41,901 nucleotides of DNA, from the UHGV virus genome UHGV-0849750. One strand, written 5' to 3'. Below are positions 15,750 to 26,429 of this stretch, piece after piece. The notes beneath the pieces were generated by a model. That model had not been told where the DNA came from, did not search any database, and was given only the letters and a program-made list of their open reading frames with translations. The translations under genes were made by a program, and so were the position numbers. The first letter of the stretch is position 1. Each line of letters opens with the position of its first letter. This DNA comes from a virus.

Positions 15750-18700
15750 ATGATCCAAGGCAAAGGCGGTGAGATAGCCGCACGAGTAACCCTCGATACA
15801 TCACAGCTCGACAAAGACGTACAGCGAGCCACGGGCAAGTTTCGCCAAATCTCACAGAGCGCACAGCAGGAGAGCAACCGCATGCGGGACGCTCTCCTCG
15901 GGGTCGGCAAGGCGATGGGGATAGCCTTCTCGGCACAGCAGGCGATAGCTTTCGTCAAGCAAGTCGTGAGCGTCCGTGCAGAGATCCAAGCCCTCGAGGT
16001 ATCATTTCGCACGCTCCTCGGGAGCCAGCAAGCGAGTGCCGAGCTGATGCGACAGATGAAAGAGTTCGCAGCCGCCACACCCCTCCAGCTGGGCGACCTA
16101 GCCAAGGGAGCGCAGACGATGCTCGGCTTTAATGTCGCAGCCGAGGAGATTATGCCTATGCTCAAGGCGATAGGCGACATTTCGATGGGTGATGCGCAGA
16201 AGTTCCAGTCGCTCACGCTAGCCTTTTCACAGATGCAGTCCGTGGGTAAGCTGATGGGGCAAGACCTCCTGCAGATGATCAACGCAGGCTTCTCGCCCCT
16301 AGCCGTTATGGCGGACAAGACGGGCAAGAGTATCGGCGAGCTTAAGGAGGAGATGTCAGCGGGAGCCATTAGCGCTGAGATGGTCAAGCAAGCTTTCATC
16401 GATGCAACCAGCGAGGGCGGGCAATTCTACGGTATGCTATCGGGGCAGGGAGACACCGTCAAGGGCGCACTAGCTCAGCTATCGGGAGCCTTCACGGATA
16501 TGTTCAACGGCATCGGAGAGCAGTCCGAGGGGCTGATCAAGGGGTCGGTCAAGTCCGTGCAGTGGCTCGTCGAGAACTACGAGACGCTCGGCAAAGTCCT
16601 CGCAGGCATCATAGCCACCTACGGCACCTACAAGGCGGTGATGATGACGGTCGTAGCACTAGAGCGACTACAAGTCCAGCTCGCACTGGCTAAGATGGGC
16701 GGGCTGACCAAGTGGGGCGCACTCCTCGAGGTGCTAAAAGCAAAGCAACTAGCACTCAACAAAGCGGTGATGGCTAATCCGTATGTCCTCCTCGCTATGG
16801 CTATCGTGGGTGCTACCTACGGCATCTACAAGCTCGCCACCGCTGAGAGCGAAGCCGAGAAAGCGCAGAAGCGTCACAACGACCAAATGGAGCGGGGCAA
16901 GAAGATGCTCGACGACTACAAACAAGCCGTCAAGGAGTACCTCGACATAGTCCGTGACGACACAGCCACACAGCGTCAGCGTTACGAAGCGTATGAGAAG
17001 CTCATACGACTGATGCCCCAGCTCAAAGGCAAGAGTGTCGAGGAGATTAGCCAAATGGGAGCGGACGACCTCGAGACGCTGCTCAACAAGAACGCAGACG
17101 TCGTCCACTACCAGCAGCTCAAGAAGAACGTCAAGGAGGCAAAGGAAGAGGTCAAGGAGCTACGAGCCGTGGTCGAGGCATACGACAACGCTCCGTGGCG
17201 CAAGGGGGCAGACCTAGAGGTCGAGAAAGCCCGCAAGAAGCTATCAATACAAGAGGACATACTTCGCCAGAAAGAGCAGGAGCTAGCTGTCTATGAGGAG
17301 CAACAGCGACAAGCAGAGTGGGAGGCGAAGACGCAATCCGAGAAGGTCGCATACCTAGAGGAGCAGATCAAGATCCAAGAGCGACAGCAGAGCGTCTACT
17401 CGAGTATGCTACCCCCGCAGGCTCGACAGCTAGCTATGCAGGGCAGGATCTCAGACGCACTCAGAGTGTGCCGTGAGCAGACGGGCGGTATGGCGCAAGG
17501 ACTAGAGCAGGCAGTCCGCAATACAGCAGGCTTTGCTATACAGATAGACAAGCTCCGTGGGCAACTCGGACAGCTACAGACAGAGGACACGGGTAGGAGC
17601 TACAAGCAGGCACTAGCAGACGCCTACCAAGAGTACCAGCGCACACAGCAGGCTCTCGAGGACGCCAAGGACAAGCAAGAGACAGACTACCTAAGAGCTA
17701 AGGAGGAGGCGGAAAAAGCAGAGCAAGCCTACAAAGCACTCGGGGGCAACACCTCGCCACGCACCACAACAACCCCACAGCGTGACCGCAAAGCAGAGCA
17801 GGCGGAGGAGCGCAGACGGCTCCAGCAGTTAGCCGACCTCAAGGCAGACTTTGCCAAGCGGGAGCTACGCACCGCTATGGACAACGAGTTTGCCCTCAAG
17901 CAGGCTCGCATCTCAGCTCAAGAGGACACGATCCAAAAGGAGCTGGAGCTAGCACGGCTCCACACCGCACAGCTCAAGGAGGAGAACAAGCGACGGGAGG
18001 AGGACTGGGTCGAGGCACTCCAACGCAAGCGTGAAGAGGAGTGGAAGCTTCAGAACCCCGCCAAAGCTAAAGAGGGCTACAGCTACACGGGCGTCACCAC
18101 ACGGGACGACCTCAGCGAGCAACAGCTAGAGCAACTAGCCGAGTACGACCGCATCGCCACCGAGCAGGGCGTCAAGGCTGAGACAGAGGCTCTCGCTAAG
18201 CGACTACAGCAGTTTGAGTCCTACCAGCAAGAGCGTCAGCGCATCGCCAAGGAGTATGCCGATAAGGAGCGAGACCTCCACAACGCTGACGGCTCGCTCC
18301 GTGAGGGCGTGACCGAGGCGAACCTTGACGAGCTGAAGCGACAGAGTGACGAGGCACTAGCCCGCATCGACGAGACGTGGGCAGAGCGTGAGGAGACATA
18401 CCAGCAGTGGATGACCGACATCGCCACGATGTCCATCGCACAGCTCGAAGAGGAGCTGAGACGAGTACAGCTACTCCTCGCTAAGGCACAAATAGAGGGA
18501 CGGGACGACAAGAGCGTGGCGGTGATCCGTACGCAAGTCGAGCAACTCAGTAAGAAGCTCGGAGAGGTACACCAAGAGGCACAGCGCACGGGACAGAGCT
18601 TTGCGGACTGGAGCCGTGCCACCGAGACGCTACGAGCCACACGGGACGAGCTAGACGGCATCGCTGAGAGCATACGACCGCTCAGCGACAGCCTCGCAGA

Positions 18701-20024
18701 CGCTATCCAAGACGTGGCGGGCTTAGCTACACCCGTCATCGGCATCATCGGCAGTATCGGCAAGTTTGCCGAGATGACCTCCAAAGGCATCGAGTCTACC
18801 GCCACCGCCACACAGCGGGCTATCGCTATGGCGGAGCGTGGCACCGTACTACTCACCGTCCTATCGGGAGCGTTACAGTTAGCCACCAAGGTCGCACAGC
18901 TCTTCAGCAGGGATAAGCGCCACGAGAAGAACATCGAGGAGCTAGCGGACAAGATAGCCGACATTCAGTGGAGCCTCGACCACTGGGGCTGGGACAAGCT
19001 CGAGGAGAGCGCAGGCAAACCGCTAGAGCGCATCAACGAGTGGCTCGCAGAGGCACGACTCAAGTCGCTGGCAGCTGCAGCCGCCACGGGAGACTATGCC
19101 AAGTCGTGGCAGGTGATGCAAGACATAACAGCAGGCACAGAGCAGGCTGGACGACGGCTCGCTGACGCTTACATGCAAGCGGACTATATGGCGGGCAAGC
19201 TCCTCGGCTCCGACCGCTACTCCGAGGCACGCAAGCAACTCGACCTTATGGGTCAGCAGGTCGCACTCATACGCCAGCAGGCGGAGCAAGAGCGCAAAAA
19301 GAAGAAGTCAGACCAAGATAAGCTCGACAGCTACGACCAGCAGATCGCAGAACTGACAGCCAAGATGGCGGAGAAGATCGACAACATGCTGAGCGACCTC
19401 CTCGGGGGCGATGCTATCCAGCTAGCCGACAAGCTCGGCAACGCCCTCTTCGATGCATTCAGCAAGGGCGAGGATGCGGCTAAAGCGTTTGACAAGTCAG
19501 TCAACGACATCATCAATAATATGGTCAAGAAGCTCATCATTCAGCAGTTCCTCGAGAAGCCGATCCAAGAAGCGATCAATAAGCTCAAGCAGGCGGTCAC
19601 AGCAGATGGCGAGCTGAACATGGACGAGATGTACGCTAGCCTCGGAGCAATATACGACGACCTAGCCAAGATCGGAGACAACGCTGGCAAGATCCAAGAG
19701 GTCTACGAGGGCATCATCAAGGGTCTCGGCATTGACCTCGAGGACACACTCACAGGACAGCGCAAGGGCATAGCAGCCGCCAGCCAAGATAGCATCGACG
19801 AGCTGAACGGACGAGCCACCGCCATACAGACGCACACCGCTATGATAGCGCAAGGCACCGCCCGCCTCACGACCTTAGCGCAAAGCACCTTTGACCAGCT
19901 CGTAGAGGTCGGTCGTATGGTCAAGGAGGGCAACGCCACACGCCAGCGCATCGAGACCTCCACCGCCACCATCGCCACCAAGGTACGAGACTTCGAGACC
20001 TACGGCATTAAAATGAAGAGATAA
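15750..20024 (+). CDS. Tail tape measure protein (1424 aa, coiled-coil rich)
   Basis: Longest ORF. Highly helical, Q/E/A/K-rich, with glycine-rich hydrophobic segments. Follows G/GT. Confidence 0.8.
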   Translation: MIQGKGGEIAARVTLDTSQLDKDVQRATGKFRQISQSAQQESNRMRDALLGVGKAMGIAFSAQQAIAFVKQVVSVRAEIQALEVSFRTLLGSQQASAELMRQMKEFAAATPLQLGDLAKGAQTMLGFNVAAEEIMPMLKAIGDISMGDAQKFQSLTLAFSQMQSVGKLMGQDLLQMINAGFSPLAVMADKTGKSIGELKEEMSAGAISAEMVKQAFIDATSEGGQFYGMLSGQGDTVKGALAQLSGAFTDMFNGIGEQSEGLIKGSVKSVQWLVENYETLGKVLAGIIATYGTYKAVMMTVVALERLQVQLALAKMGGLTKWGALLEVLKAKQLALNKAVMANPYVLLAMAIVGATYGIYKLATAESEAEKAQKRHNDQMERGKKMLDDYKQAVKEYLDIVRDDTATQRQRYEAYEKLIRLMPQLKGKSVEEISQMGADDLETLLNKNADVVHYQQLKKNVKEAKEEVKELRAVVEAYDNAPWRKGADLEVEKARKKLSIQEDILRQKEQELAVYEEQQRQAEWEAKTQSEKVAYLEEQIKIQERQQSVYSSMLPPQARQLAMQGRISDALRVCREQTGGMAQGLEQAVRNTAGFAIQIDKLRGQLGQLQTEDTGRSYKQALADAYQEYQRTQQALEDAKDKQETDYLRAKEEAEKAEQAYKALGGNTSPRTTTTPQRDRKAEQAEERRRLQQLADLKADFAKRELRTAMDNEFALKQARISAQEDTIQKELELARLHTAQLKEENKRREEDWVEALQRKREEEWKLQNPAKAKEGYSYTGVTTRDDLSEQQLEQLAEYDRIATEQGVKAETEALAKRLQQFESYQQERQRIAKEYADKERDLHNADGSLREGVTEANLDELKRQSDEALARIDETWAEREETYQQWMTDIATMSIAQLEEELRRVQLLLAKAQIEGRDDKSVAVIRTQVEQLSKKLGEVHQEAQRTGQSFADWSRATETLRATRDELDGIAESIRPLSDSLADAIQDVAGLATPVIGIIGSIGKFAEMTSKGIESTATATQRAIAMAERGTVLLTVLSGALQLATKVAQLFSRDKRHEKNIEELADKIADIQWSLDHWGWDKLEESAGKPLERINEWLAEARLKSLAAAAATGDYAKSWQVMQDITAGTEQAGRRLADAYMQADYMAGKLLGSDRYSEARKQLDLMGQQVALIRQQAEQERKKKKSDQDKLDSYDQQIAELTAKMAEKIDNMLSDLLGGDAIQLADKLGNALFDAFSKGEDAAKAFDKSVNDIINNMVKKLIIQQFLEKPIQEAINKLKQAVTADGELNMDEMYASLGAIYDDLAKIGDNAGKIQEVYEGIIKGLGIDLEDTLTGQRKGIAAASQDSIDELNGRATAIQTHTAMIAQGTARLTTLAQSTFDQLVEVGRMVKEGNATRQRIETSTATIATKVRDFETYGIKMKR

Positions 20025-20028
20025 CACT

Positions 20029-20460
20029 ATGACAACACTCCAGAGAGCAATCCACCAATGCAAGTTAGCGGGAGCCTGCGACCTCCTGCGACCTAACATG
20101 ACCCCGACAGAGCTTTGCCACCTCCTACGCACACCGCAGGGCGAGGAGTTTATCCTCAAGGGCTTACCCACGCTCTCATTGTGGCGACTCATAGGCGAGG
20201 AGTACAAGGGCGTACTCGCAGCACACCGCATCTACCTAGACGCTGGCTACATCGAGCTAGACGGAGAGACCGACCGCACCATCGCCATAGGAGCCACACA
20301 CCTACGCATCACAGCCGACCAGCCGAAGCTCTACAACGTCACGCTCATACACGGAGCCAAGGCGGACGTACTAGCGACCAATTGGGCAGTCGTCAGCGTG
20401 GAGCGTGACAGCAACAGCCAAGCCTACATAGCCTGCACCGACAACGCTATATCGATATGA
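20029..20460 (+). CDS. Tail-associated hypothetical protein (143 aa)
   Basis: Tightly coupled to tape measure and downstream tail genes. ACACTATG start. Confidence 0.35.
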   Translation: MTTLQRAIHQCKLAGACDLLRPNMTPTELCHLLRTPQGEEFILKGLPTLSLWRLIGEEYKGVLAAHRIYLDAGYIELDGETDRTIAIGATHLRITADQPKLYNVTLIHGAKADVLATNWAVVSVERDSNSQAYIACTDNAISI

Positions 20461-21209
20461 TCCCAACAGTCACACTAGTAGTCAAGGGGCAGGACATCTA
20501 CACAGCCCCCGTGATACAAGGAGGCTTCAGCGACCTGCTCCAGCTCACACAGCCCCGCAAGCCTATCACCACCGACTGGGCTGAGGAGCCACGACTAGAC
20601 ACCGTACAGACGTGGCTACAGCCACAACCCACCCGACCGCTGAAGACCAAGCTTTGGCTCCCTAAGGGACTATATCAGTCGGACATTAGATACATAGACA
20701 CCATACGAGTAGGCTATGACCGCATATACCCCATTAAGATAAGGAGTACATACGTGGTCGACAGCTACAACGATGAGAGCGTCTACGCCATAAGTGGAAC
20801 GATACAGCAGAGCAAGACACCACCCACCACAGACCCCACAGCACACCACAAGCAGACCACAGCCCCCAAGGAGTACACCCTCAGCCCCGAGCGCATCGCC
20901 TTAGCTACCTTTGGCGCATCACCCCTAGAGGGCTGGCAGTCAGCTTTGCAGGACAAGACAACCTACAAGGAGACCAGCCCCGAGGCGAGCCGTGATGTCG
21001 TACTCCCTATCCTACTGCAGGGAGACACATTCGCACAGCTTTTCACCGCACGGGACACACTAGACGCACTACTGTACAGACGCACACGCAACCAGCTCAC
21101 CACACCCTACGGCACCTACAGCTTCTTCTTCGCCCGCTCTCGTGTCCGTGAGTACAACATCACGGACAAGCCCTACATCATCTACGACCTTACACTGACA
21201 CTCGTATGA
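20457..21209 (+). CDS. Distal tail protein (Dit-like), 250 aa
   Basis: Gene order after the tape measure. Overlapping start and stop codons. Confidence 0.35.
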   Translation: MIPTVTLVVKGQDIYTAPVIQGGFSDLLQLTQPRKPITTDWAEEPRLDTVQTWLQPQPTRPLKTKLWLPKGLYQSDIRYIDTIRVGYDRIYPIKIRSTYVVDSYNDESVYAISGTIQQSKTPPTTDPTAHHKQTTAPKEYTLSPERIALATFGASPLEGWQSALQDKTTYKETSPEASRDVVLPILLQGDTFAQLFTARDTLDALLYRRTRNQLTTPYGTYSFFFARSRVREYNITDKPYIIYDLTLTLV

Positions 21210-23101
21210 CTCTCAAATTCTACCAATACGGCTCCGACCGCCTCGTAGCCACGCTAGAGCTAGACGAGACGCACTCCTCGATCATCGACAAGCTCAACGA
21301 GCCGACACGACTCTCCGCCACGCTCACCAGCACCACAGCACCCGTGATACAGCTGGGCGCACGCGCCACATACGAGGGCATCACCTATTACGTCACAAAG
21401 GAGCCGACAGTCCGCAAGGAGCATAGCAAGCTATACACCATAGAGCTAGACCTCGAGACTATCATCGGACTAACCCGCCACGTGATCCTCGACAATCCCG
21501 TGGACAAGCGCTCCAGCTTCGACTACACCGCCTCCGCCACGGAGCATATACAGCTAGTCGTGGACTCGCTCAACGGCAAGAAGCTCAGCAACGTACCAGC
21601 GTGGACACGGGGAGCGACCCGTTGCGCAAACAAGGTTAAGCACATCAAGTACGACGGCATATCAGCGTGGGACGCTCTCCAGCTCATCCGTGAGACCTAC
21701 GAGACCGACCTCCACATCGACGGCACAGCCATTGCTCTAGGCATAGCAGTCGACAAGCCTAACGCCCTCAAACTAGCCTACGGCAAGGGCAACGGCATAC
21801 TCAGCGGACTAGAGCGTCTCAAGCACGACGACGACACACCCACACCAATGCGCCTATACGTCACGGGTACCAAGCGCAACATGACCAAGGGCAGGCTCAC
21901 GATGCAACATCTAGAGACGCTCAAGGTAGACAACGGCATCATACACCACGGAGATAGTGCCAGCGGACGCATCTTCCACACGGACAAGACGGGGCAGTAC
22001 ATCTCAGAGTTTACTCACGACAACGGGGAGCAACCCCTATACACGGAGGCGACCTACACCAACGAGGAGATATACCCCTCGCACGTCTCCACGATACAGA
22101 GTGTGACCAAGGTCAAAGACCACTTCGAGGTCAATAGCGACTTCGACTACAGCACACTGCAAATCGAGGGCGAGCAGATGCAGGTAGTCTTCCAGACGGG
22201 CAACCTTGCGGGGCGCATATTTGACGCACGACACTACACCAGCACGGGCAGGCTTGCCATCGTACCCAAGGAGGAGGACGACACGACACTCCCTAACGAC
22301 ATCCTCAGCCCCAAGGTCGGAGACAAGTACATCGTCACGGGCATCCAGCTACCCGACAAGTACATCACGGACGCACAGCGTAAGCTCACGGACGATGCAC
22401 TGAGCCATATGTTACAGCTACAGAGTCAGCGCTACAGCTACCGAGCAGAGATAGACCCCGTATACCTGCACAAGCACAAGACCACCATCGGCACCAAGCT
22501 AGACGTAGGCAAGTATGTACACCTCACCGACCAGCAGATAGCCGTCGGTGATCCCTACATACGCATCATCTCCAAGCGTACCTACCTCGACCGCCCCTAT
22601 ACGCCAGAGATAGAGCTATCCAACGAGGTCGAGCGCATCGGATACCTAGATAGGCTCATCAAGATAACCGACAGCGCCATAGCTGATCGTAACAACATCA
22701 TAGACCGCATACGAGACAGCCGTGAGGAGCTAGACCTCGTAGCGGGTGCCGTGGAGCGTCTATCCGAGCAGTACAGCATCGAGGCGTACACGATCGGATC
22801 ACCGATCCTCAAGAGCGACAAAGCTCTATACGCCATCAAGTGTCGCATCACGCACATACCCACAGGCATAGACTACACCGACACGCTACTATACTCAGCA
22901 CAACTAGTCACGCCCGAGTGGTACCGCATCAACCCCGAGGGTCACGACCGCATAGGGCTATCCGATGAAGAGTGGGCTAACCAGCACCGAGGAGAGGCTG
23001 AGGTCGTCATAACCCGCAAGGACTTCGTCTCCTCCTGCACCGTGGGATACAAGATCCCCCGTGACCAAATCATCAACGCTATCAAGTCGCTAGAAGGCTA
23101 G
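21206..23101 (+). CDS. Tail tip/baseplate (Tal-like) structural protein, 631 aa
   Basis: Gene order and size. Confidence 0.35.
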   Translation: MTLKFYQYGSDRLVATLELDETHSSIIDKLNEPTRLSATLTSTTAPVIQLGARATYEGITYYVTKEPTVRKEHSKLYTIELDLETIIGLTRHVILDNPVDKRSSFDYTASATEHIQLVVDSLNGKKLSNVPAWTRGATRCANKVKHIKYDGISAWDALQLIRETYETDLHIDGTAIALGIAVDKPNALKLAYGKGNGILSGLERLKHDDDTPTPMRLYVTGTKRNMTKGRLTMQHLETLKVDNGIIHHGDSASGRIFHTDKTGQYISEFTHDNGEQPLYTEATYTNEEIYPSHVSTIQSVTKVKDHFEVNSDFDYSTLQIEGEQMQVVFQTGNLAGRIFDARHYTSTGRLAIVPKEEDDTTLPNDILSPKVGDKYIVTGIQLPDKYITDAQRKLTDDALSHMLQLQSQRYSYRAEIDPVYLHKHKTTIGTKLDVGKYVHLTDQQIAVGDPYIRIISKRTYLDRPYTPEIELSNEVERIGYLDRLIKITDSAIADRNNIIDRIRDSREELDLVAGAVERLSEQYSIEAYTIGSPILKSDKALYAIKCRITHIPTGIDYTDTLLYSAQLVTPEWYRINPEGHDRIGLSDEEWANQHRGEAEVVITRKDFVSSCTVGYKIPRDQIINAIKSLEG

Positions 23102-23137
23102 AGATTAGAACATTAACAATAAAAAACCCAATACACT

Positions 23138-24451
23138 ATGGCAACAGATCCAGTATTACAGTGGCGAACCCACGTAACAGACAGCACCGACCAAGATACG
23201 ATCATCGGCAACGTCGATCTCCTAGAGGGCTTAGCCGCCTCTATTATGGGCGACACATCGCTCCACGACAACTTCGAGGAGATCCGCAAAGGAATCAAGG
23301 ACGGCTCCCTCAAGCCGACCGATTGGAAGAGTAGCACGGACTTTACGACCATCACCAAAGCCCTCACCAACGCATCATCTGGCAAGATCTCAACCCTCAC
23401 GGAGCAGGGCGAAGATCTCAAGGAGAATCTCGGCAAGAAGCTCGACAGCAAAGACTTCAGTGACTTCAAGACGGGCGACTTCAAAACCACCACAGAGAGC
23501 CTCGGAACACGCCTCGACACAGCCGAGGGGAGCATCAAGAGCCATGGCACAACACTCTCAGGCTACGGGACACGCATCAAAAACGCTGAGATCGCTCTCG
23601 GCAAGAAGCTCGACTCATCAAAATTCGAAAACTTCAAAAAGTACACCAACGAGCAGCTAGGCACACTAGCCCCAAACTCAGCGCTAGAAGCACTCCGCAC
23701 TCTCCTCAACAACGAGATATCCCATTGGACACGAGCCACAACCCCAAAGCCACTAGACGAGTACACCTCCACAGCCACGCTCAAGGGCATCAAACAGCCG
23801 TGGGAGGAGGGAGTCAACGCAGAGGGCAAGGACTACCTGCCCGAGCGACACATTGGCGACCTTTGCACCGTCATAGGCGAAAAGGCGACAGACAAAGGCG
23901 TATCCTATCGCTTTGTCAAGCACGACACAAACGACTCCTACACGTGGACTAAAGTCATCGACAACGACGGCGCACTGGCACTCGGCAATCTCAAGACGTT
24001 TGAGAACAAGTACGACCAGCGCCAGGTGGAAATCGACAATGCTCTCAACAACAAGCAACGCAAGGGCAACTACATAGAAAAAAAAGAATTCGACGCCAAC
24101 AACACAAAAGTTGACCAAGAGATCAAGGAGCTCAAAGGCACCTACAAGGTGACCGTCACAACCCAAGGCGAGATACGCAATGGGCAGATAGTCGGAGGCA
24201 CAACGCACGACGGCAAGCCAGCGATACTCCACACCGCACACGTCTACGGAATCCTTGGCAACAAGATCACCGATACGAAGATCCTCAAAAAGCTCACGTG
24301 GACAGTCAACAAAGACCGCACCTCCTACCCCAAGCAACGTGTAGAGACGGGCGCCACTTGCTACGTCACCGCAGACGACTTCGTCCGAGTCCTCCACACT
24401 CAGGGGTCAAACCCACAATTCTACGACATCGAGCTAAACAGCAACTTTTAG
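23138..24451 (+). CDS. Tail fibre protein with internal repeats (437 aa)
   Basis: Repeated KKLDSKDFSDFKTGDFK / KKLDSSKFENFKK segments. Position is distal to the tail genes. Confidence 0.45.
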   Translation: MATDPVLQWRTHVTDSTDQDTIIGNVDLLEGLAASIMGDTSLHDNFEEIRKGIKDGSLKPTDWKSSTDFTTITKALTNASSGKISTLTEQGEDLKENLGKKLDSKDFSDFKTGDFKTTTESLGTRLDTAEGSIKSHGTTLSGYGTRIKNAEIALGKKLDSSKFENFKKYTNEQLGTLAPNSALEALRTLLNNEISHWTRATTPKPLDEYTSTATLKGIKQPWEEGVNAEGKDYLPERHIGDLCTVIGEKATDKGVSYRFVKHDTNDSYTWTKVIDNDGALALGNLKTFENKYDQRQVEIDNALNNKQRKGNYIEKKEFDANNTKVDQEIKELKGTYKVTVTTQGEIRNGQIVGGTTHDGKPAILHTAHVYGILGNKITDTKILKKLTWTVNKDRTSYPKQRVETGATCYVTADDFVRVLHTQGSNPQFYDIELNSNF

Positions 24452-24632
24452 CCCGCCACGTGTAACCCTCTGTAGGGACGCTCGGACGTGTCTAGTGGGA
24501 GGGCGTCCGTCCCCGTCAAAGCAAGACGACAACCCGTAGGGACGCTCGATCTGAGCGTCCGTTGTAGTACCAGCGAGACGACCCCCGAGCGTCCCTACAT
24601 TTCCCCCTCTAACCTCTAATATCTAAAACCCT

Positions 24633-26429
24633 ATGATCGAATACACCGCACGCATCACATCACAAGACACCCCCCGAGTGGGAGGACGTAATCTCTTTCG
24701 CAAAGAATACTTCATCGGGTACTTAGCTAGTAAATATAAAATACAGTTTGACGCTTTACAACCTCGTGAGGGTGACAACACCTACACCCTATCGCTAGAC
24801 TATAAGATAAGCCAAGAGGATAAAGCCTCATCGCCTAGAATTTCATGTATGTACACCAAAGCCGATAACCGAATTCTCCTTTGGGACTCAGACATCAAGC
24901 GTGACGGCGAGTGGCATCATAAAGAGTACACAATCAAGCTCGACATAGACCCGAGCAAATATCCAATCAACGGCTGGTTTACAGACTACGGCTCAGCTAA
25001 TGGTCGCACCATTGATATGGTTGCAGTCCGCAACATCAAGCTCGAGCGAGGTACAGTAGCAACTGACTGGACACCCGCCCCCGAGGACGTGGCGGAGAGC
25101 GTGACCTCGCTCGAAAGCAAGCTACTAGACCCCACTACGGGTGAGATACACAAGCTGACGGACTTGCTGGACAAGCACAAGACCGACACCGACAAGAACT
25201 TTGCCGAGCTGAGCGACCACCCCCTCACCATAGACGACAACGGCTATTGGCGCATCTGGGACGTCAAGCAACAGCAGTACGTCACCACGCAGTACAAGTC
25301 ACGAGGCGAGAACGGTCAAGACGCAGGGCGCTACCTAGGCAGGGCTAAGCGCATACACCCCGACTTCAACGGCAACTACCTACTAGAGCCAGAGGGTAGT
25401 AGCTGGCAGACAGCCAAGGAGGGAGACTACGTGTATCTAGTCGGAGACCTATCTAACAGAGGAGGAGACAAGGATACCTACTACATAGTCCGAGAGCATA
25501 AGAGCAAGACGGTGTGGGAGGTGTACAACATCAAGGGTCGCACGGCACACATCGAGTGGCACGGCACTAGTCTCGTCGTAGACGACAAGCCACCCGTAGA
25601 CCTACGTGGTGAGGCGGGTCACAGTCCCAGCCCCGAGGAGGTACTCGGCACATCACGCTTTGCCGAGCTACTCGGAGGCGAGGTAACCTCACAGATAGAC
25701 CCCGTAGCGCAAGATCTAGCCACGACCAATAGCAACATAACCCGTGCCAGCAACTACGCCATAGACCTCATCAACGAGACACAGACACAGCTATGCGACC
25801 TCCAAGTCCTCGGCATGTCTGACGGAGGAGTCATAGAGGTCAAGCGCCAAGCAGCCTGCTGTCATTACAACTACCCAGAGCGCATCATAGGGACAGACTC
25901 GAAACCACCGACCATACCAAAGCCCAAATACGTGAGAGCGCAGATACCGCTCACGCTTAAATCCACGCACGACGCCCTAAGCAGGCAGGTTAGCAACCTG
26001 CAGATGCAGCTCACCAGTTGCACCCAGCGACTAACAGCCACCCAGCAGGAGCTAGACAAGCTCAAGGCAGACACAGCCATAACACCCATACTCAACAACA
26101 CAGAGAGACGCAAGTACAGCTCAACTCGCAAGACATACGGTGACACGCTCTATCCGCAGTACGGGGACTGGCTCCTATCGAGCGACACAGAGAGCCTACA
26201 GCTATCTTTTGCGGGGCTTCGTGCCGAGGTCGGACGCTCTATATACATACAGACCCGCAAGCAAGTCTACCTCAACGCCAACGGACACACCTTCTTCGGG
26301 TTGCCTGGCACCTCCAGCAGTGTAGCGGTCAATCAGATGCTCGACAACAACACCACCTACCGCTTCCTGCGTGCCGATGCGACCACGTGGCTCGTCACGT
26401 CTAGTGCGTCTCCCTATCCGTGGACGTAG
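24633..26429 (+). CDS. Receptor-binding/tail fibre protein (598 aa) with AT-richer N-terminal module
   Basis: Contains IKLERGTVATDWTPAPED, resembling the conserved N-terminal fibre/baseplate motif LE.G...TDW.PAPED. Last structural gene before int. Confidence 0.45.
   Translation: MIEYTARITSQDTPRVGGRNLFRKEYFIGYLASKYKIQFDALQPREGDNTYTLSLDYKISQEDKASSPRISCMYTKADNRILLWDSDIKRDGEWHHKEYTIKLDIDPSKYPINGWFTDYGSANGRTIDMVAVRNIKLERGTVATDWTPAPEDVAESVTSLESKLLDPTTGEIHKLTDLLDKHKTDTDKNFAELSDHPLTIDDNGYWRIWDVKQQQYVTTQYKSRGENGQDAGRYLGRAKRIHPDFNGNYLLEPEGSSWQTAKEGDYVYLVGDLSNRGGDKDTYYIVREHKSKTVWEVYNIKGRTAHIEWHGTSLVVDDKPPVDLRGEAGHSPSPEEVLGTSRFAELLGGEVTSQIDPVAQDLATTNSNITRASNYAIDLINETQTQLCDLQVLGMSDGGVIEVKRQAACCHYNYPERIIGTDSKPPTIPKPKYVRAQIPLTLKSTHDALSRQVSNLQMQLTSCTQRLTATQQELDKLKADTAITPILNNTERRKYSSTRKTYGDTLYPQYGDWLLSSDTESLQLSFAGLRAEVGRSIYIQTRKQVYLNANGHTFFGLPGTSSSVAVNQMLDNNTTYRFLRADATTWLVTSSASPYPWT

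Noticed and set aside
15671-16399. Long minus-strand ORFs (242 aa here; also 18236..18964 and 1634..2215) antisense to the tape measure and terS
   Set aside because: Cys/Ser/Arg-rich and low-complexity; they are typical antisense artefacts of high-GC coding sequence and lie fully inside strongly supported + strand genes.
23138-26429. Diversity-generating retroelement acting on the fibre genes
   Set aside because: No reverse transcriptase ORF and no template/variable repeat pair with adenine-specific mismatches. The repeats in 24452-24632 are short intergenic motifs.
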